Assembly (NCBI GenBank): GCA_947169265.1
Contig: CAMVPC010000016.1
Location: forward strand, 3,169 to 67,168
Length of the DNA stretch: 64,000 bases
Reading direction: 5' to 3'
From: an uncultured Prevotellaceae bacterium
GTDB taxonomy: Bacteria; Bacteroidota; Bacteroidia; Bacteroidales; Muribaculaceae
The notes beneath the pieces were generated by a model, which made no database searches, was not told the DNA's origin, and saw only the letters and a list, made by a program, of their open reading frames with translations. The position numbers and the translations under genes are program-made. Shown one piece after another: positions 49,694 through 60,200 of this stretch (the first letter of the stretch is position 1; every line of letters begins with the position of its first letter).

Positions 49694-50416
49694 TTAGTTG
49701 TTCCTCTCTTGATTGTCGATATCTAATACTTTATTCTTGGGGCGAGTGGCCTGGAATTCCTTTAGGTAAAGCGGTGTGGAATAGGCCACGTCGATAAAGC
49801 GTCCTTCGCGATAAGCTTTCTCGCTCAAGGCCATCATGTCGAGTGCCACCGGGTGGATGTCGTCAACATAGCGGGCGTGGGGGTGCGTAATGACGCGTTT
49901 CACTTTCTCGGCACCGTTACCGCTGAATATCACCACATGATGGCGCAACTGTTCGGCAAACGACTCTTCGTCGACTATCATCGCCCGGGGCGTGACAATT
50001 GCGTCGAGGGCCGGCGTGAATGCCGCGGTATACACTTCCATGCGGCGCGCGTCGAGCATGGGCGCGTAGAGTATGTCGTCCTCATCGATGAACCGGGAGA
50101 ACATGGTCGACACGGCTACCAGCTCAAGCGTGTTGACGCCTATCAAAGGCACGCCCAGACCAAAGGCTACGCCCTTGGCCTCGCTCAACCCTATGCGTAG
50201 CCCGGTGTAGGAACCGGGGCCCAACGACACGGCCACGGCGTCAATCTTCAGCTCGCGCGAGGTGGCGTAGTCAAGGGCGTCGCGCACATAGGCGCTAAGC
50301 AGCGTCGAGTGCGTTTGCCCATCGTAATTCTCATGGTGCTCAAGCACTTGCCCGTCGGCGGTGAGCGCTGTCGAGCACACGTGGGTAGAGGTCTCTATGT
50401 TTAAAATACAAGCCAT
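49694..50416 (-). CDS. tsaB: tRNA threonylcarbamoyladenosine biosynthesis protein TsaB
   Basis: LNIETST, GPGSYTGLRIG, DARRMEVY, and PLYLK motifs. Confidence 0.95.
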   Translation of the reverse strand: MACILNIETSTHVCSTALTADGQVLEHHENYDGQTHSTLLSAYVRDALDYATSRELKIDAVAVSLGPGSYTGLRIGLSEAKGVAFGLGVPLIGVNTLELVAVSTMFSRFIDEDDILYAPMLDARRMEVYTAAFTPALDAIVTPRAMIVDEESFAEQLRHHVVIFSGNGAEKVKRVITHPHARYVDDIHPVALDMMALSEKAYREGRFIDVAYSTPLYLKEFQATRPKNKVLDIDNQERNN

Positions 50417-50627
50417 TCGTTTATTTCAAACCGCAAAATTACAAAAAAATGCCGGAACAGCCTGCATGTTGCCTCGAAAATGTGTTTGTGACGACCTTTT
50501 CTCGCCTTTTTCGGTTTTCTCTTTTTTACATGGTGGCTAAATGAATTTATGTGCACAATTCTTGTGTTTTGTCATCGAAAATGTCTAACTTTGCGCAAAT
50601 CAACATCAAACCTTTGTTTTTTGTAAT

Positions 50628-52043
50628 ATGTTTACTTCCGATGGATGGCTGAACGAGGCTGTGAAATTTTGCTCCGATAATCTGTGGACCTATTTCTTGC
50701 TGGGACTGCTCGTGCTGTGTGGACTCTATTTCACTGTAGGTACGCGATTCGTTCAGTTTCGCATGGTGGGCGAGATGTTCCGCCTGCTGGGCGACAAGCC
50801 CGCGCAACGAAAGGGAAAACGGGCCATCAGCTCGTTCGAGGCGTTTGCCGTCTCGGTCGCCACGCGTGTGGGAACCGGCAACTTGGCCGGAGTGGCTTCG
50901 GCCATCGCCATCGGTGGGCCCGGCGCTGTGATGTGGATGTGGATTATCGCGCTCATCGGGGCGGCCACGGCTTTTGTTGAGTCGACTTTGGCCCAGCTCT
51001 ACAAGCGCCGCGACAAGGATTCGTTTATCGGCGGCCCGGCTTATTATATCTTTCACGGTCTGCACAGTAAGTGGATGTCGGTGACTTTTGCTGTGCTCCT
51101 CACGCTCACCTTCGGCCTATCTTATAATTCTATCCAGAGTAACACTATCTGCGGCGCCATGCACGAAGCTTTCAACTTCGACCCGTTTTGGGTGGGTGTG
51201 GCTCTCGCCGCTGTCGCCTTGATTATCGTGTTTGGCGGTATTCACCGCATCGCCCGCGTGAGTAGCGTTATCGTGCCTGTTATGGCGCTGGGCTATCTGG
51301 CGCTGGCGATTGTCGTTGTGGCGATGAACGTGAAGCTCTTGCCCGGCGTGTTCCGCCTCATTTTCGACAACGCTTTTGGCGTGGGGCCGCTGGCGGGTGG
51401 TGCCGTGGGCGCCGCCATGCTGGCAGGTATCAAGCGTGGCCTGTTCAGCAACGAGGCCGGCGAGGGCTCGGCGCCCAATGTGGCGGCCACCGCTCATGTG
51501 AGCCACCCCGTCAAGCAGGGTCTCATCCAGGCTCTGGGCGTGTTTACCGATACACTGCTCGTGTGCTCCTGCACCGCATTCATCATCCTGCTGAGTGGAC
51601 TCTATACCGGTGGCGAGAAGGACGGCATCGCCATCACGCAAAACGCCCTCAGCGCCGAAGTTGGTGCCAGCGGCACCTATTTTGTCGCTTTCGCCATCTT
51701 GTTTTTCGCTTTCAGCAGCATCATCGGCAATTATTATTATGGTGAGGCTAACATCCGGTTCCTCACCCGCCGACGCTGGCCCGTCATCGTCTTTCGTGTG
51801 CTTTCGGCCGGCGTGATGGTTATGTTCGGCGCCATGGCCGAACTGCCACTGGTGTGGAACATTGGCGACCTGTTCATGGGCCTGCTCACAATGTGCAACC
51901 TTACTGCCATCGTGTTGCTGGGACGCTATGCATTCCGTCTGCTTAACGACTATCGCCGCCAGAAGCGTGCCGGCATCAAGGAACCCACCTTCAGCGCCGA
52001 CTCTATGCCCGAAATCCGCGACGACCTTGACGCCTGGCGGTAA
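50628..52043 (+). CDS. Alanine/glycine:cation symporter (AgcS/AlsT family)
   Basis: RVGTGNLAGVA, GGPGAVMWMW, GLFSNEAGEGSAP, and DTLLVCSCTA motifs. TAACTTTG promoter at 50586-93. Confidence 0.93.
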   Translation: MFTSDGWLNEAVKFCSDNLWTYFLLGLLVLCGLYFTVGTRFVQFRMVGEMFRLLGDKPAQRKGKRAISSFEAFAVSVATRVGTGNLAGVASAIAIGGPGAVMWMWIIALIGAATAFVESTLAQLYKRRDKDSFIGGPAYYIFHGLHSKWMSVTFAVLLTLTFGLSYNSIQSNTICGAMHEAFNFDPFWVGVALAAVALIIVFGGIHRIARVSSVIVPVMALGYLALAIVVVAMNVKLLPGVFRLIFDNAFGVGPLAGGAVGAAMLAGIKRGLFSNEAGEGSAPNVAATAHVSHPVKQGLIQALGVFTDTLLVCSCTAFIILLSGLYTGGEKDGIAITQNALSAEVGASGTYFVAFAILFFAFSSIIGNYYYGEANIRFLTRRRWPVIVFRVLSAGVMVMFGAMAELPLVWNIGDLFMGLLTMCNLTAIVLLGRYAFRLLNDYRRQKRAGIKEPTFSADSMPEIRDDLDAWR

Positions 52044-52227
52044 AGGACACGATGAATGCCCGTGTGTTTTTTAGGATAGAACTTAATCGGGGGATTAGTC
52101 TTTTTTCGGCCTTTCGCGAATTGATATGATAGATTTTATGGCCGTTTGTTTGGGTGGGTGAAAGATTCTCGCTATTTTTGCGGATTATATTTAAAATGTC
52201 AACCAAACCGAGAAGTTTTTTTTGGAA

Positions 52228-53571
52228 ATGAAGAATATAAGAGCAAGTTTCGGGACGCGCATGGGCGCGATAGCCGCTTCGGTGGGTAGCGCTGTGGGGT
52301 TGGGCAACATTTGGCGTTTCCCTTATCAGGCCGGTGAGAATGGTGGCGGCGCCTACATTTTGGTGTATCTCTTGTGTGTGGTACTGCTGGGCATTCCTGT
52401 CATTATGAGTGAGTTCATTATTGGCCGTTCGACCCACAAAAATATACAGGGGGCGCTCCGCCAACTGTCACCCGGGAGTAAGATTCATTATTTCGCTTAC
52501 TTCTGTGTGCTGGGAGCTATAGTGATTTGCAGTTTCTATAGTGTGGTGTGCGGTTGGGTGATAGAGTACCTTTACCAAGCCGCAACAGGCGCACTCGCCG
52601 GCCATGGTTCCGAAGACTATGGCCGGTTTTTCGCCGATTTCGTGGGCAGTCCCGTGCGATGTGTGTTGTGGACCATACTATTTCTTTGCATTAACTTTGC
52701 GGTGATGACGCTGGGTGTGCGTCGTGGCGTGGAGGGCGTGTCACGCGTGATGATGCCCCTGTTGTTCGTCATCCTTATCGTGTTCTGCGCCAACTCGCTT
52801 ATGTTGCCCGGTAGCCACAAGGGCCTCGATTTCTTGTTCTCGCCTAACTTTAAGGCGCTGGGATGGGAGGGCGTGGTCGACGCGATGGGCCAGGCTTTCA
52901 TGTCGCTCTCGCTGGGCGTCGCCGCGTTAGTAACCTTTTCGTCTTATTTCAGCGACGACACGCCGCTCATGAAAGACGCTGTGACTATCGCGTCGCTCGA
53001 CTCGCTGGTGGCTTTGCTGGCCGGCGTGCTGATCTTCCCGGCGGTGTTCTCGTTTGGCTTTGAGCCCACAGCGGGGCCCAAGCTCGTCTTCGAGGTGCTT
53101 CCGGCGGTGTTCTACCAAATGCCGGGCGGCTACTGGTGGGCGATATTGTTCTTCTTGTTACTGTTCTTCGCGTCACTCACGAGCACGATTTCGTTAAGCG
53201 AGATTCCCATCACGTTCCTCACCGAGGAATTCAAGATGAGCCGCGGCCTTGCCACGCTGTGTTGCGCCGTGGTGGTTATAGCGATAGCCACATTGTGTGC
53301 CTTGTCGTTCAATGTACTCAGTGATGTGACGGTCGCCGGAATGAATATATTCTCGTTACTCGACTTTGTGGGAAGTAATGTGTTTATGCTGTTGGGTGGA
53401 CTGTTCACTGCCATTTATGTTGGCTGGTTCCTGCGCAAGAAAGTGATTAAGGACCAACTTGCGGTGAAAGGCCGCACCTCGTCACTTACTTATAACTATG
53501 TGCTCGTGTGCCTGCGTTACGTCGCGCCGGTCGCCATCCTCATCATCCTCTACTACTACGTCACCGCGTGA
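52228..53571 (+). CDS. Sodium-dependent transporter (NSS/SNF family)
   Basis: GSAVGLGNIWRFPY, NGGGAY, QAFMSLSLG, and FFASLTSTISLSE motifs. Confidence 0.93.
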   Translation: MKNIRASFGTRMGAIAASVGSAVGLGNIWRFPYQAGENGGGAYILVYLLCVVLLGIPVIMSEFIIGRSTHKNIQGALRQLSPGSKIHYFAYFCVLGAIVICSFYSVVCGWVIEYLYQAATGALAGHGSEDYGRFFADFVGSPVRCVLWTILFLCINFAVMTLGVRRGVEGVSRVMMPLLFVILIVFCANSLMLPGSHKGLDFLFSPNFKALGWEGVVDAMGQAFMSLSLGVAALVTFSSYFSDDTPLMKDAVTIASLDSLVALLAGVLIFPAVFSFGFEPTAGPKLVFEVLPAVFYQMPGGYWWAILFFLLLFFASLTSTISLSEIPITFLTEEFKMSRGLATLCCAVVVIAIATLCALSFNVLSDVTVAGMNIFSLLDFVGSNVFMLLGGLFTAIYVGWFLRKKVIKDQLAVKGRTSSLTYNYVLVCLRYVAPVAILIILYYYVTA

Positions 53572-53601
53572 GCAAGCAAATTGAGGATACTATATGTTTA
53601 A

Positions 53602-53631
53602 AGCCCTTGTGACCAATCGATCGCAAGGGCT
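53602..53631. terminator. Hairpin terminator between convergent genes
   Basis: agcccttgtga-N8-tcgcaagggct, 11-bp stem with one GU pair. Confidence 0.7.
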
Positions 53632-53658
53632 CGTTGTTCGAAACTCGAAGCTCAAAGC

Positions 53659-54624
53659 TCAATTCACTACGTTGATGGGCTTGCCGGCGAGGTAGGATTC
53701 GATGTTGTCGGCCAGTACTTTATGGAGGCGGCGGCGCGCCTCGTTGCTCGTCCAGCCCAGGTGGGGCGTGATGTGGCAGTTGGGTAGCGAGGTTACCGGG
53801 TTGTCGGCCTTGGGCGGCTCGTCGTTGAGCACGTCGAGAGCGGCAGCGGCGAGACGTCCTTCTTTCAATGCTGAGGCCAAAGCGTCTTCGTCGATGAGGG
53901 CACCGCGCGATGTGTTGATGAGAATAGCCGTGGGCTTCATCAGGGCGAGACGGCGTTTACCGACGAGCCTTCGCGTTTCGGGCGTGAGCGGGCAGTGCAG
54001 CGACACCACGTCGGCGCGCGTGAAGAGGTCATCAAGACTTTCGGCCTTGGTGACGAAGGGTGGTAACTGCCCGGGTGCCTTCGACGAGAAAGCGAGAATC
54101 TTCATACCCAGGGCATGTGCGGTGGTAGCCACCGCGGTGCCAATGTTGCCCATTCCCACGATGCCCATCGTTTTGTCGGCCAGCTCGATGAAGGGGCGGT
54201 CCCAATAGGTGTAATCGGAACAACGGCTCCACACACCCTGCCGCGTCTGCTCGGCATAGTGCGCTGTGCCCGTGGTGATGTCGAGCAAGTGAGCGATGGC
54301 GATTTGTGCCACCGACGCCGTGCTGTAAGCGGGCACGTTGGTCACTACAATGCCATGTTCGGTGGCTGCCTCGATGTCAACAATATTAAAGCCGGTGGCG
54401 ATGACACCGATGTATCGCAGCTCGGGCAACCGCTCGATGGTCTCGCGCGAGAAAGGCACTTTATTAGTGAGCACGATTTGCGCGCCGCGCGCCCGCTCAA
54501 TCATTTCGTTGCCCTGACTGGTGCGGTCAAACACGGTAAGGTCGCCAAGCCTGGCGAGTGGCTCCCACGAGATGTCGCCGGGATTGCCCGCGGCGCCGTC
54601 AAGTACTACTATTTTCTGTTTCAT
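53659..54624 (-). CDS. D-2-hydroxyacid dehydrogenase (glycerate dehydrogenase/HprA-like)
   Basis: NPGDISW, ATGFNIVD, GIVGMGNIG, LHCPLT, INTSRG, DVL..EPP, and TPHLGW motifs. ATG 54624 used as start; TAAATTTG promoter at about 54663-70. Confidence 0.92.
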   Translation of the reverse strand: MKQKIVVLDGAAGNPGDISWEPLARLGDLTVFDRTSQGNEMIERARGAQIVLTNKVPFSRETIERLPELRYIGVIATGFNIVDIEAATEHGIVVTNVPAYSTASVAQIAIAHLLDITTGTAHYAEQTRQGVWSRCSDYTYWDRPFIELADKTMGIVGMGNIGTAVATTAHALGMKILAFSSKAPGQLPPFVTKAESLDDLFTRADVVSLHCPLTPETRRLVGKRRLALMKPTAILINTSRGALIDEDALASALKEGRLAAAALDVLNDEPPKADNPVTSLPNCHITPHLGWTSNEARRRLHKVLADNIESYLAGKPINVVN

Positions 54625-54781
54625 GAAGTGAAAGTTTTGTGGATTATGAATGATTTTTGGCGCAAATTTAGCAAAAAAATGGCTCAAACATAAAAAAATT
54701 GCGTTAATTGCCTGATTTGTAGCGGTGTATTGTTGTCGGCTTTTGGCGTTAAAAACGCCCTCGACAATAATTCGGCAATTT

Positions 54782-55036
54782 TTATACCGGTATGACTTCC
54801 GCGTCAGAAAGCTCGATGCCTCCAAAAGAGAGTGTGGGGCGGTCGCTGGAGTAAATCTCGATGGCATAGGGCATGGCGGATTGGAATGGGAACCCTTTTA
54901 CAAGTCCTTTCACTTTGTAGTCCATGCCTTCGTAAAATGTTGCAGCCTCTTCCCTTGTGGCTTTGACGCAGACCTGCACCTCTTGTCCGAGGTCTTTTTT
55001 GTCTGCTTCACTTTGATACATGAGTACGGCCACCAA
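54782..55036 (-). CDS. Small hypothetical ORF, possibly a gene fragment
   Basis: 84-aa ORF; TATCTTTG promoter at 55176-83 upstream; hairpin downstream at about 54733-68. Confidence 0.35.
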   Translation of the reverse strand: MVAVLMYQSEADKKDLGQEVQVCVKATREEAATFYEGMDYKVKGLVKGFPFQSAMPYAIEIYSSDRPTLSFGGIELSDAEVIPV

Positions 55037-55212
55037 ATAGTAGAACTCCTTTTTTTGAATTGAATATCAGCGAGTTACCTTTGAACGAGAAAGATGAAGG
55101 TAACACTTTAGAAACGAGAGGACTTACATATTCCTACACATTTCTCACTAAGCCAAAGAACGCTCATCTTGGGTGCAAAGATACAAAACAAATTCCTTCT
55201 TGCCAAATGGTG

Positions 55213-55668
55213 TCATATATTTTTTTCAAGTTTATTGCGATATTCATTTTTATAGGGATACAAACTACTCTGTTCGGTCACTCCGACGAACAGAATCCTG
55301 TCTGCCATTTCACATACATATTTGTTCCTAGCCATTGCAGTCATCTTTGACTGGCGGATGGCAGTACTAACGGAGATTATCAATAGACGGTTCTGAGCCA
55401 ATGGCTCTTTTAGTTCGTCAGGAATAACCTTATACATCTTTCGTGCAAGCACAATGATAATGGGCTGACTGCCCTTCAGCAGGAAGTGAAGCACGTCTTG
55501 CTCCAACTTGCTACTGAAGCCGCTGATTACACACGCCCCACGATTGCGCATTTCTGTTGCCCAATCATACACTTGCAGCACTGTTTCCGAAGAAATGGTG
55601 CTCGATGCCAAGAATGCTGTCTTCCTCAGCTTCAGCAGTTCCTGATTGCCAAGATACTCTACCGTCAT
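55213..55668 (-). CDS. Stand-alone short DprA/Smf-like (SLOG superfamily) protein
   Basis: YLGN.ELLK..KTAFLAS, VISGFSSKLEQDV, IIIVLA, and AMARNKYVCEMAD; Rossmannoid SLOG core without the DprA SAM or wHTH domains. Confidence 0.7.
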   Translation of the reverse strand: MTVEYLGNQELLKLRKTAFLASSTISSETVLQVYDWATEMRNRGACVISGFSSKLEQDVLHFLLKGSQPIIIVLARKMYKVIPDELKEPLAQNRLLIISVSTAIRQSKMTAMARNKYVCEMADRILFVGVTEQSSLYPYKNEYRNKLEKNI

Positions 55669-55678
55669 AGTCCCTCAA

Positions 55679-57145
55679 TTACGTCTCTGCATTGTCTTCA
55701 ATAATTTCCCAGTGACCACTATAACCACTGCCGACATATTTGATATGAGCGAGTTTATTGATATGCCTCTTTATTGTTTTAGACGTAAAACCGCTTAATG
55801 TCGCTAATTCTTCTGTAGTAACTTTAGGATTTTTCCTAATCTGTTCTTCTATCCATATATCAAGTGCATCACCTTGAGTGCCACCTTGAGTGCCACCTTG
55901 AGTGCCACCTTGGGTATCACCTTGAGGGACATCTTGAGGGACATCTTGAGGGACATCCACAGTTGAAAGCACAGTTACTTCAAATGCAGTCAACTTTGAC
56001 ACATCGAAAACAGCCTCCTTGTTGCCATTTTCAAGCAGCATATCCTGCACACGTCTTATACCTTGGTTGAACATATTGACATACTTCATCTCTTTCATGG
56101 CTTCCGCTATAATAGGATTGCGATAGTCGTTTACATTGGGAAAATTCTCAGGACGTGCCTCACCATATAACCCTCCGGCGTTCATAATTTCGATATGGTC
56201 GTCAAACTGATATAGCCGGATTGGCATATTCGATTGATAGTCACGATGCATACAGGCATTCATCATCAACTCACGCAATGCGTTGTTGGGATAATTGATA
56301 ACGGTCTTCTCACGGAACAGACTCACAGCGACGGGTCTTTGTGTGATAATGGCATCACTGACAAAGGATTCCAATGCGGGTAGCAACTGGAAAAGCGGGC
56401 CCTGAAAGCGTTTCTCGTTCAACACCTCACCGCCAATAGTCTTGCCTGCAAAGCGTACAAACTGAACGTATGCCCCTGGCAGATAATACCGCGGATTTTT
56501 GCCAAACAAGATGATGGCTGCGTATGTAGGGCAACCATGAATGCGGTCATACAGACGGACTGAAGCCAACTGCTCCTGGATGTCCCGTTTGTCATCAGCC
56601 AAGACCTCTGGGGTCACTACAGAAGGTAGATACTCCTTCTTAATATACTCCAGATTCAAGTCATCCAATGTCGCACCAAGACAAGGTGTAGCATCAAAAG
56701 TTGCCATATATGCCATGCGTCGTTCCGTTAATATCCGTTCTTCCGCTTCACTGGCTATGTCACGTCTGGGACCGATACGCACGAACACCCTTCCACGATA
56801 CCGCACAGGAGGCAGCAGCGAAGGGGAAACCTCTGCTACCAGCAAATCACCATCAGGAAATTCCACCCGCTCTACCGTCATCACAGGTAATGGTAGGATG
56901 TTACCATCCGAGCGGATGCCAGAAATCTTTTTCAGCAGAGCATCGTCCACCTTCAGTCCCGACAGCCGTCCGTCATCATAGGCACCTATCAGCAGATAAC
57001 CCTTTTGCCGAGAGTCTGGCAAATCATTGGAGAAGGCACAAATGGCTTCACAGAATTTGTCCATGTTCGTCGTGGATACCGTTCGCTCTACCCGAAAATT
57101 CTCCGTGCTGTGCAGCAATGCCTGTACTTCTTCTTTTGATATCAT
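55679..57145 (-). CDS. Schlafen/AlbA_2 domain, RecG-C-like ATP-binding domain and C-terminal winged HTH
   Basis: ENFRVERT, EAICAFSN, LLIGAYDDG (AlbA_2); ALRELMMNACMHRDY, NAGGLYG, YRNPIIAE; HTH TTEELATLSG..KTIKRHI..L..VGS..SGHW. Confidence 0.85.
   Translation of the reverse strand: MISKEEVQALLHSTENFRVERTVSTTNMDKFCEAICAFSNDLPDSRQKGYLLIGAYDDGRLSGLKVDDALLKKISGIRSDGNILPLPVMTVERVEFPDGDLLVAEVSPSLLPPVRYRGRVFVRIGPRRDIASEAEERILTERRMAYMATFDATPCLGATLDDLNLEYIKKEYLPSVVTPEVLADDKRDIQEQLASVRLYDRIHGCPTYAAIILFGKNPRYYLPGAYVQFVRFAGKTIGGEVLNEKRFQGPLFQLLPALESFVSDAIITQRPVAVSLFREKTVINYPNNALRELMMNACMHRDYQSNMPIRLYQFDDHIEIMNAGGLYGEARPENFPNVNDYRNPIIAEAMKEMKYVNMFNQGIRRVQDMLLENGNKEAVFDVSKLTAFEVTVLSTVDVPQDVPQDVPQGDTQGGTQGGTQGGTQGDALDIWIEEQIRKNPKVTTEELATLSGFTSKTIKRHINKLAHIKYVGSGYSGHWEIIEDNAET
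55871..55954. repeat. Seven 12-bp tandem repeats encoding a DVPQ/GGTQ linker
   Basis: (accttgagtgcc)x3, accttgggtatc, accttgagggac, (atcttgagggac)x2. Confidence 0.95.
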
Positions 57146-57191
57146 AATTACTTTCTTTTTGATTCAAATATTCTCTTACTTCTTGCGATTG

Positions 57192-57199
57192 CAAAGTTA
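57192..57199 (-). promoter_or_regulatory. -7 promoter element TAACTTTG for the Schlafen-SLOG pair
   Basis: caaagtta on the + strand, about 45 nt upstream of ATG 57145. Confidence 0.6.
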
Positions 57200-57204
57200 A
57201 ATCT

Positions 57205-60200
57205 TTAATTTATATTCCGCGTATTTATCTGATAGTATTTATCTTCTTCCTTATATGTAGATATAAATTTCCGATTAAGCAAATATAATATTAATTCTCT
57301 ATTATAGTGCCCTTTATTTATCTTAGGACGTAAACCTTTCTGCATCGCAATTTCTGCATATTCTGCTCCCATCGTGCTTAGAGCCTCTTTAATAAATGCA
57401 TCATTAATATCTTGATGTTCAACATAATGCATAAATGCTTTAACTTTCAGTTCTATATTATTCGATGCAGATATATAGTTGATAAAAACATCTTTCTTTT
57501 CTTTTAATCTATCCAAATGCCCATTGACAAAAAATAGGCAAATGGAGTTCGCCAAAGAAGTCGATATATTAAAATCAACTGGCAATGAATAAACCACCTG
57601 AACTTTTTCCTCCTTTTTTAAAGATGACGATTTTACTAATCCTTCTGCGATATCAGATGATAAGGGATATAAACTAATATCTTTGAGGTAATCTGTTTTA
57701 TTATTGATGATAAAAGTAATTGTCAGTTGAGGATACTTTTCACATATAAATTTGTAATAGTATTCATTAAACTTGATACCGCTTGTATCTATTAGATATG
57801 ACATTCTATTACTCTCAAGTCCTGTTAAATCGTATGCGGTAAATATTCTATCAAAACTGTCCCTAAATTTCTTGTATGAAGAATAATTTAATACATTTGT
57901 TCCAACAAAATATGTAAACATTTTGCTCTTTATTGCTTCTGACAATACAGATGTTGCTTTTACAGAACATAATTCGTCTATATTCTTTTCTATATAATCA
58001 ACAAGTTCATCCCTTTTTATATTATCGTCTTCTTCATTGACAAAATCTTCAATATTCTCCCATCTGGGCTTCAAAATATTTGTCGCTATTGACATGATTT
58101 TCCTCTCGTTGTCTAAAATGTCAGACAAGTTATTTATCTTATTGACTTGCTTTCTTAAGTATTCTTTGGTCTTGTCACTAACTTGACATGTGTTTACAAT
58201 ACACAACAAATTCTCCTCTGTTTCTTCTACACTTGAATCGGGAAAGCACCGGATGTATTCATCCATATTATTATCCATGTCATCCATAACATCAGTATTT
58301 CCAATTCCTCTAATCGTAGTCATGCTTGCCATGCGATAAGATGCGATTTTATCTGGTGCCAAAAAAGATACGATACTTAATAGATTGTCTCTGCGACGTT
58401 CAAAAAAGCATCCATCAATTACATATGACATAAAATCTGGAGAAAGTGAATTAGCGTTTAGGTTATAGAATCTTAGATTCCTTTTTTGAGTAACATTCAT
58501 GATCCTCTTAAGTCCAATAATTCCAATACGTTCATTAAGCCAACCAAAATTATCGCACATATGGATATCAAAATCATCATTTTCTTTTCCAATGACATCA
58601 AAATTAACATATCTCAAAAACATCTCAAAGAAAATGTCAAAGCGACTTCTATCTCTTTCTTTTCCTTCATATAGACATTCTACATCAAAACGCGTCCATT
58701 TCGCAAATATTCTTTCGAACAACACAGAACAATCGGCATGTGCCTTATAAAAAGCAAGCACAAATTCTTTTTCTCTTTTGCTTACGATGTACTTTATTAT
58801 TTTATCCAGTTTTGAAGATATGTCTATATTGTCTACATGATCAGACATGTATTTCACTAATGAAACATTTAATACTCCGCCATTATTATATGATTTAGCA
58901 GGTATCTCTTCTATTACAGACTCAAATTTGCATAGTTGATATGTATATTCTTTTTTGTTTCCAATTCTTAGGTCTGCAATGAAGTCTTTATCTTCTGGCA
59001 TTAGGGTTCCTGGATAGAAATAGGAAATATAATCGTAATAAAATTCATTTATATACCCTTCTTTCAATAAGAATTCAACAAGTTTTGTTTTGTCATCTAA
59101 CTTGCTAATGTCAACATGAAAAGATTCTACTTTGGGAATTCGAATCAGTTCTGAAATACTCATCTGCTGATATTTAGATATCGCCATTTCTAACTGCTCT
59201 ATTTCTTTCCTTTTTTGAGCAATTACTTCTGATTCGAAGTTCAATCTTTGTGTATAACTATATTCAGAATCAACAGCCTTTTCAACGTCGCTAAATTTGA
59301 TATCTAAAGTTTCTGTTGATAAGTTGTTATAGTAGTAGTAATACTCGTATTGATTAAACTCATCATTAATCAGTTTCGTGAATTTGTTTTCATCATCAAT
59401 GAGTTCCTTCGGGAGCATTTTTTCTCCTTTTTTTGTAATGAATCTATAGATTCTTGGTTTTTTCTTCAAATACTCCATTACGTATAATGACCTCAAATCT
59501 TTCCCGTTGTCAATTCTGTTTTTCACAATTATCTCGTTTAGTTGTGTTTTAAGTTCTGCTATTTTCTTTTGGCTTGATTCTGTAATCTCATCTATGTATT
59601 TATGTTTGCTTGAGATAATTGTATACACAACCCCTTTACGATTATGTAAGTCTGCAAAATCCTTGGGAAAATAATTTTTATAAACAATCATTCCTAAGAG
59701 ATTCTTTGATGAAATCTTTTCGCCTATTTTGGACCGATATTGCAAATACTCATCAACTATATTATACAATATTCTCATGTCATCAATATAAAATCCAAGT
59801 TCCTTACAAGTTGTCTCAGTTATTTCATTAACTCCCTTTTCTTGTAATGCAGATATCAGTTTGTCACAAGCGTTAGAAGAATTTACGACAGGTATAACTG
59901 TCGTTATATAATCAAAGAATTTAGTGCGATTTGTGTCATGGAAGATATCATCCCTAACTGCATATATAAAAACTATACGTCTACCAATAGAAGTAGAGGC
60001 ATTCAGTAATTGGTTTATCTCTCTCAACTTTAGAAAGATATGATTTGTATCAAATCTATCCAGATCTTCTATAATAACAACATTGTATTTTGTGACCTCA
60101 AAGAAATAAATTATCTCATCCAAATGTTTGTTAAATATGGATGTGTTTTCTTTAATATCAATCTCTCCATTCTTGAAATTCAGTTTGTTGATTTTAGAGT

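Noticed and set aside
55213-55668. Annotation as competence DprA
   Set aside because: At 151 aa it has only part of the Rossmann core and lacks the SAM and wHTH domains; its context is a defence-like island.
55871-55954. Repeat array as a possible CRISPR
   Set aside because: Contiguous 12-bp in-frame units with no spacers and no cas genes.
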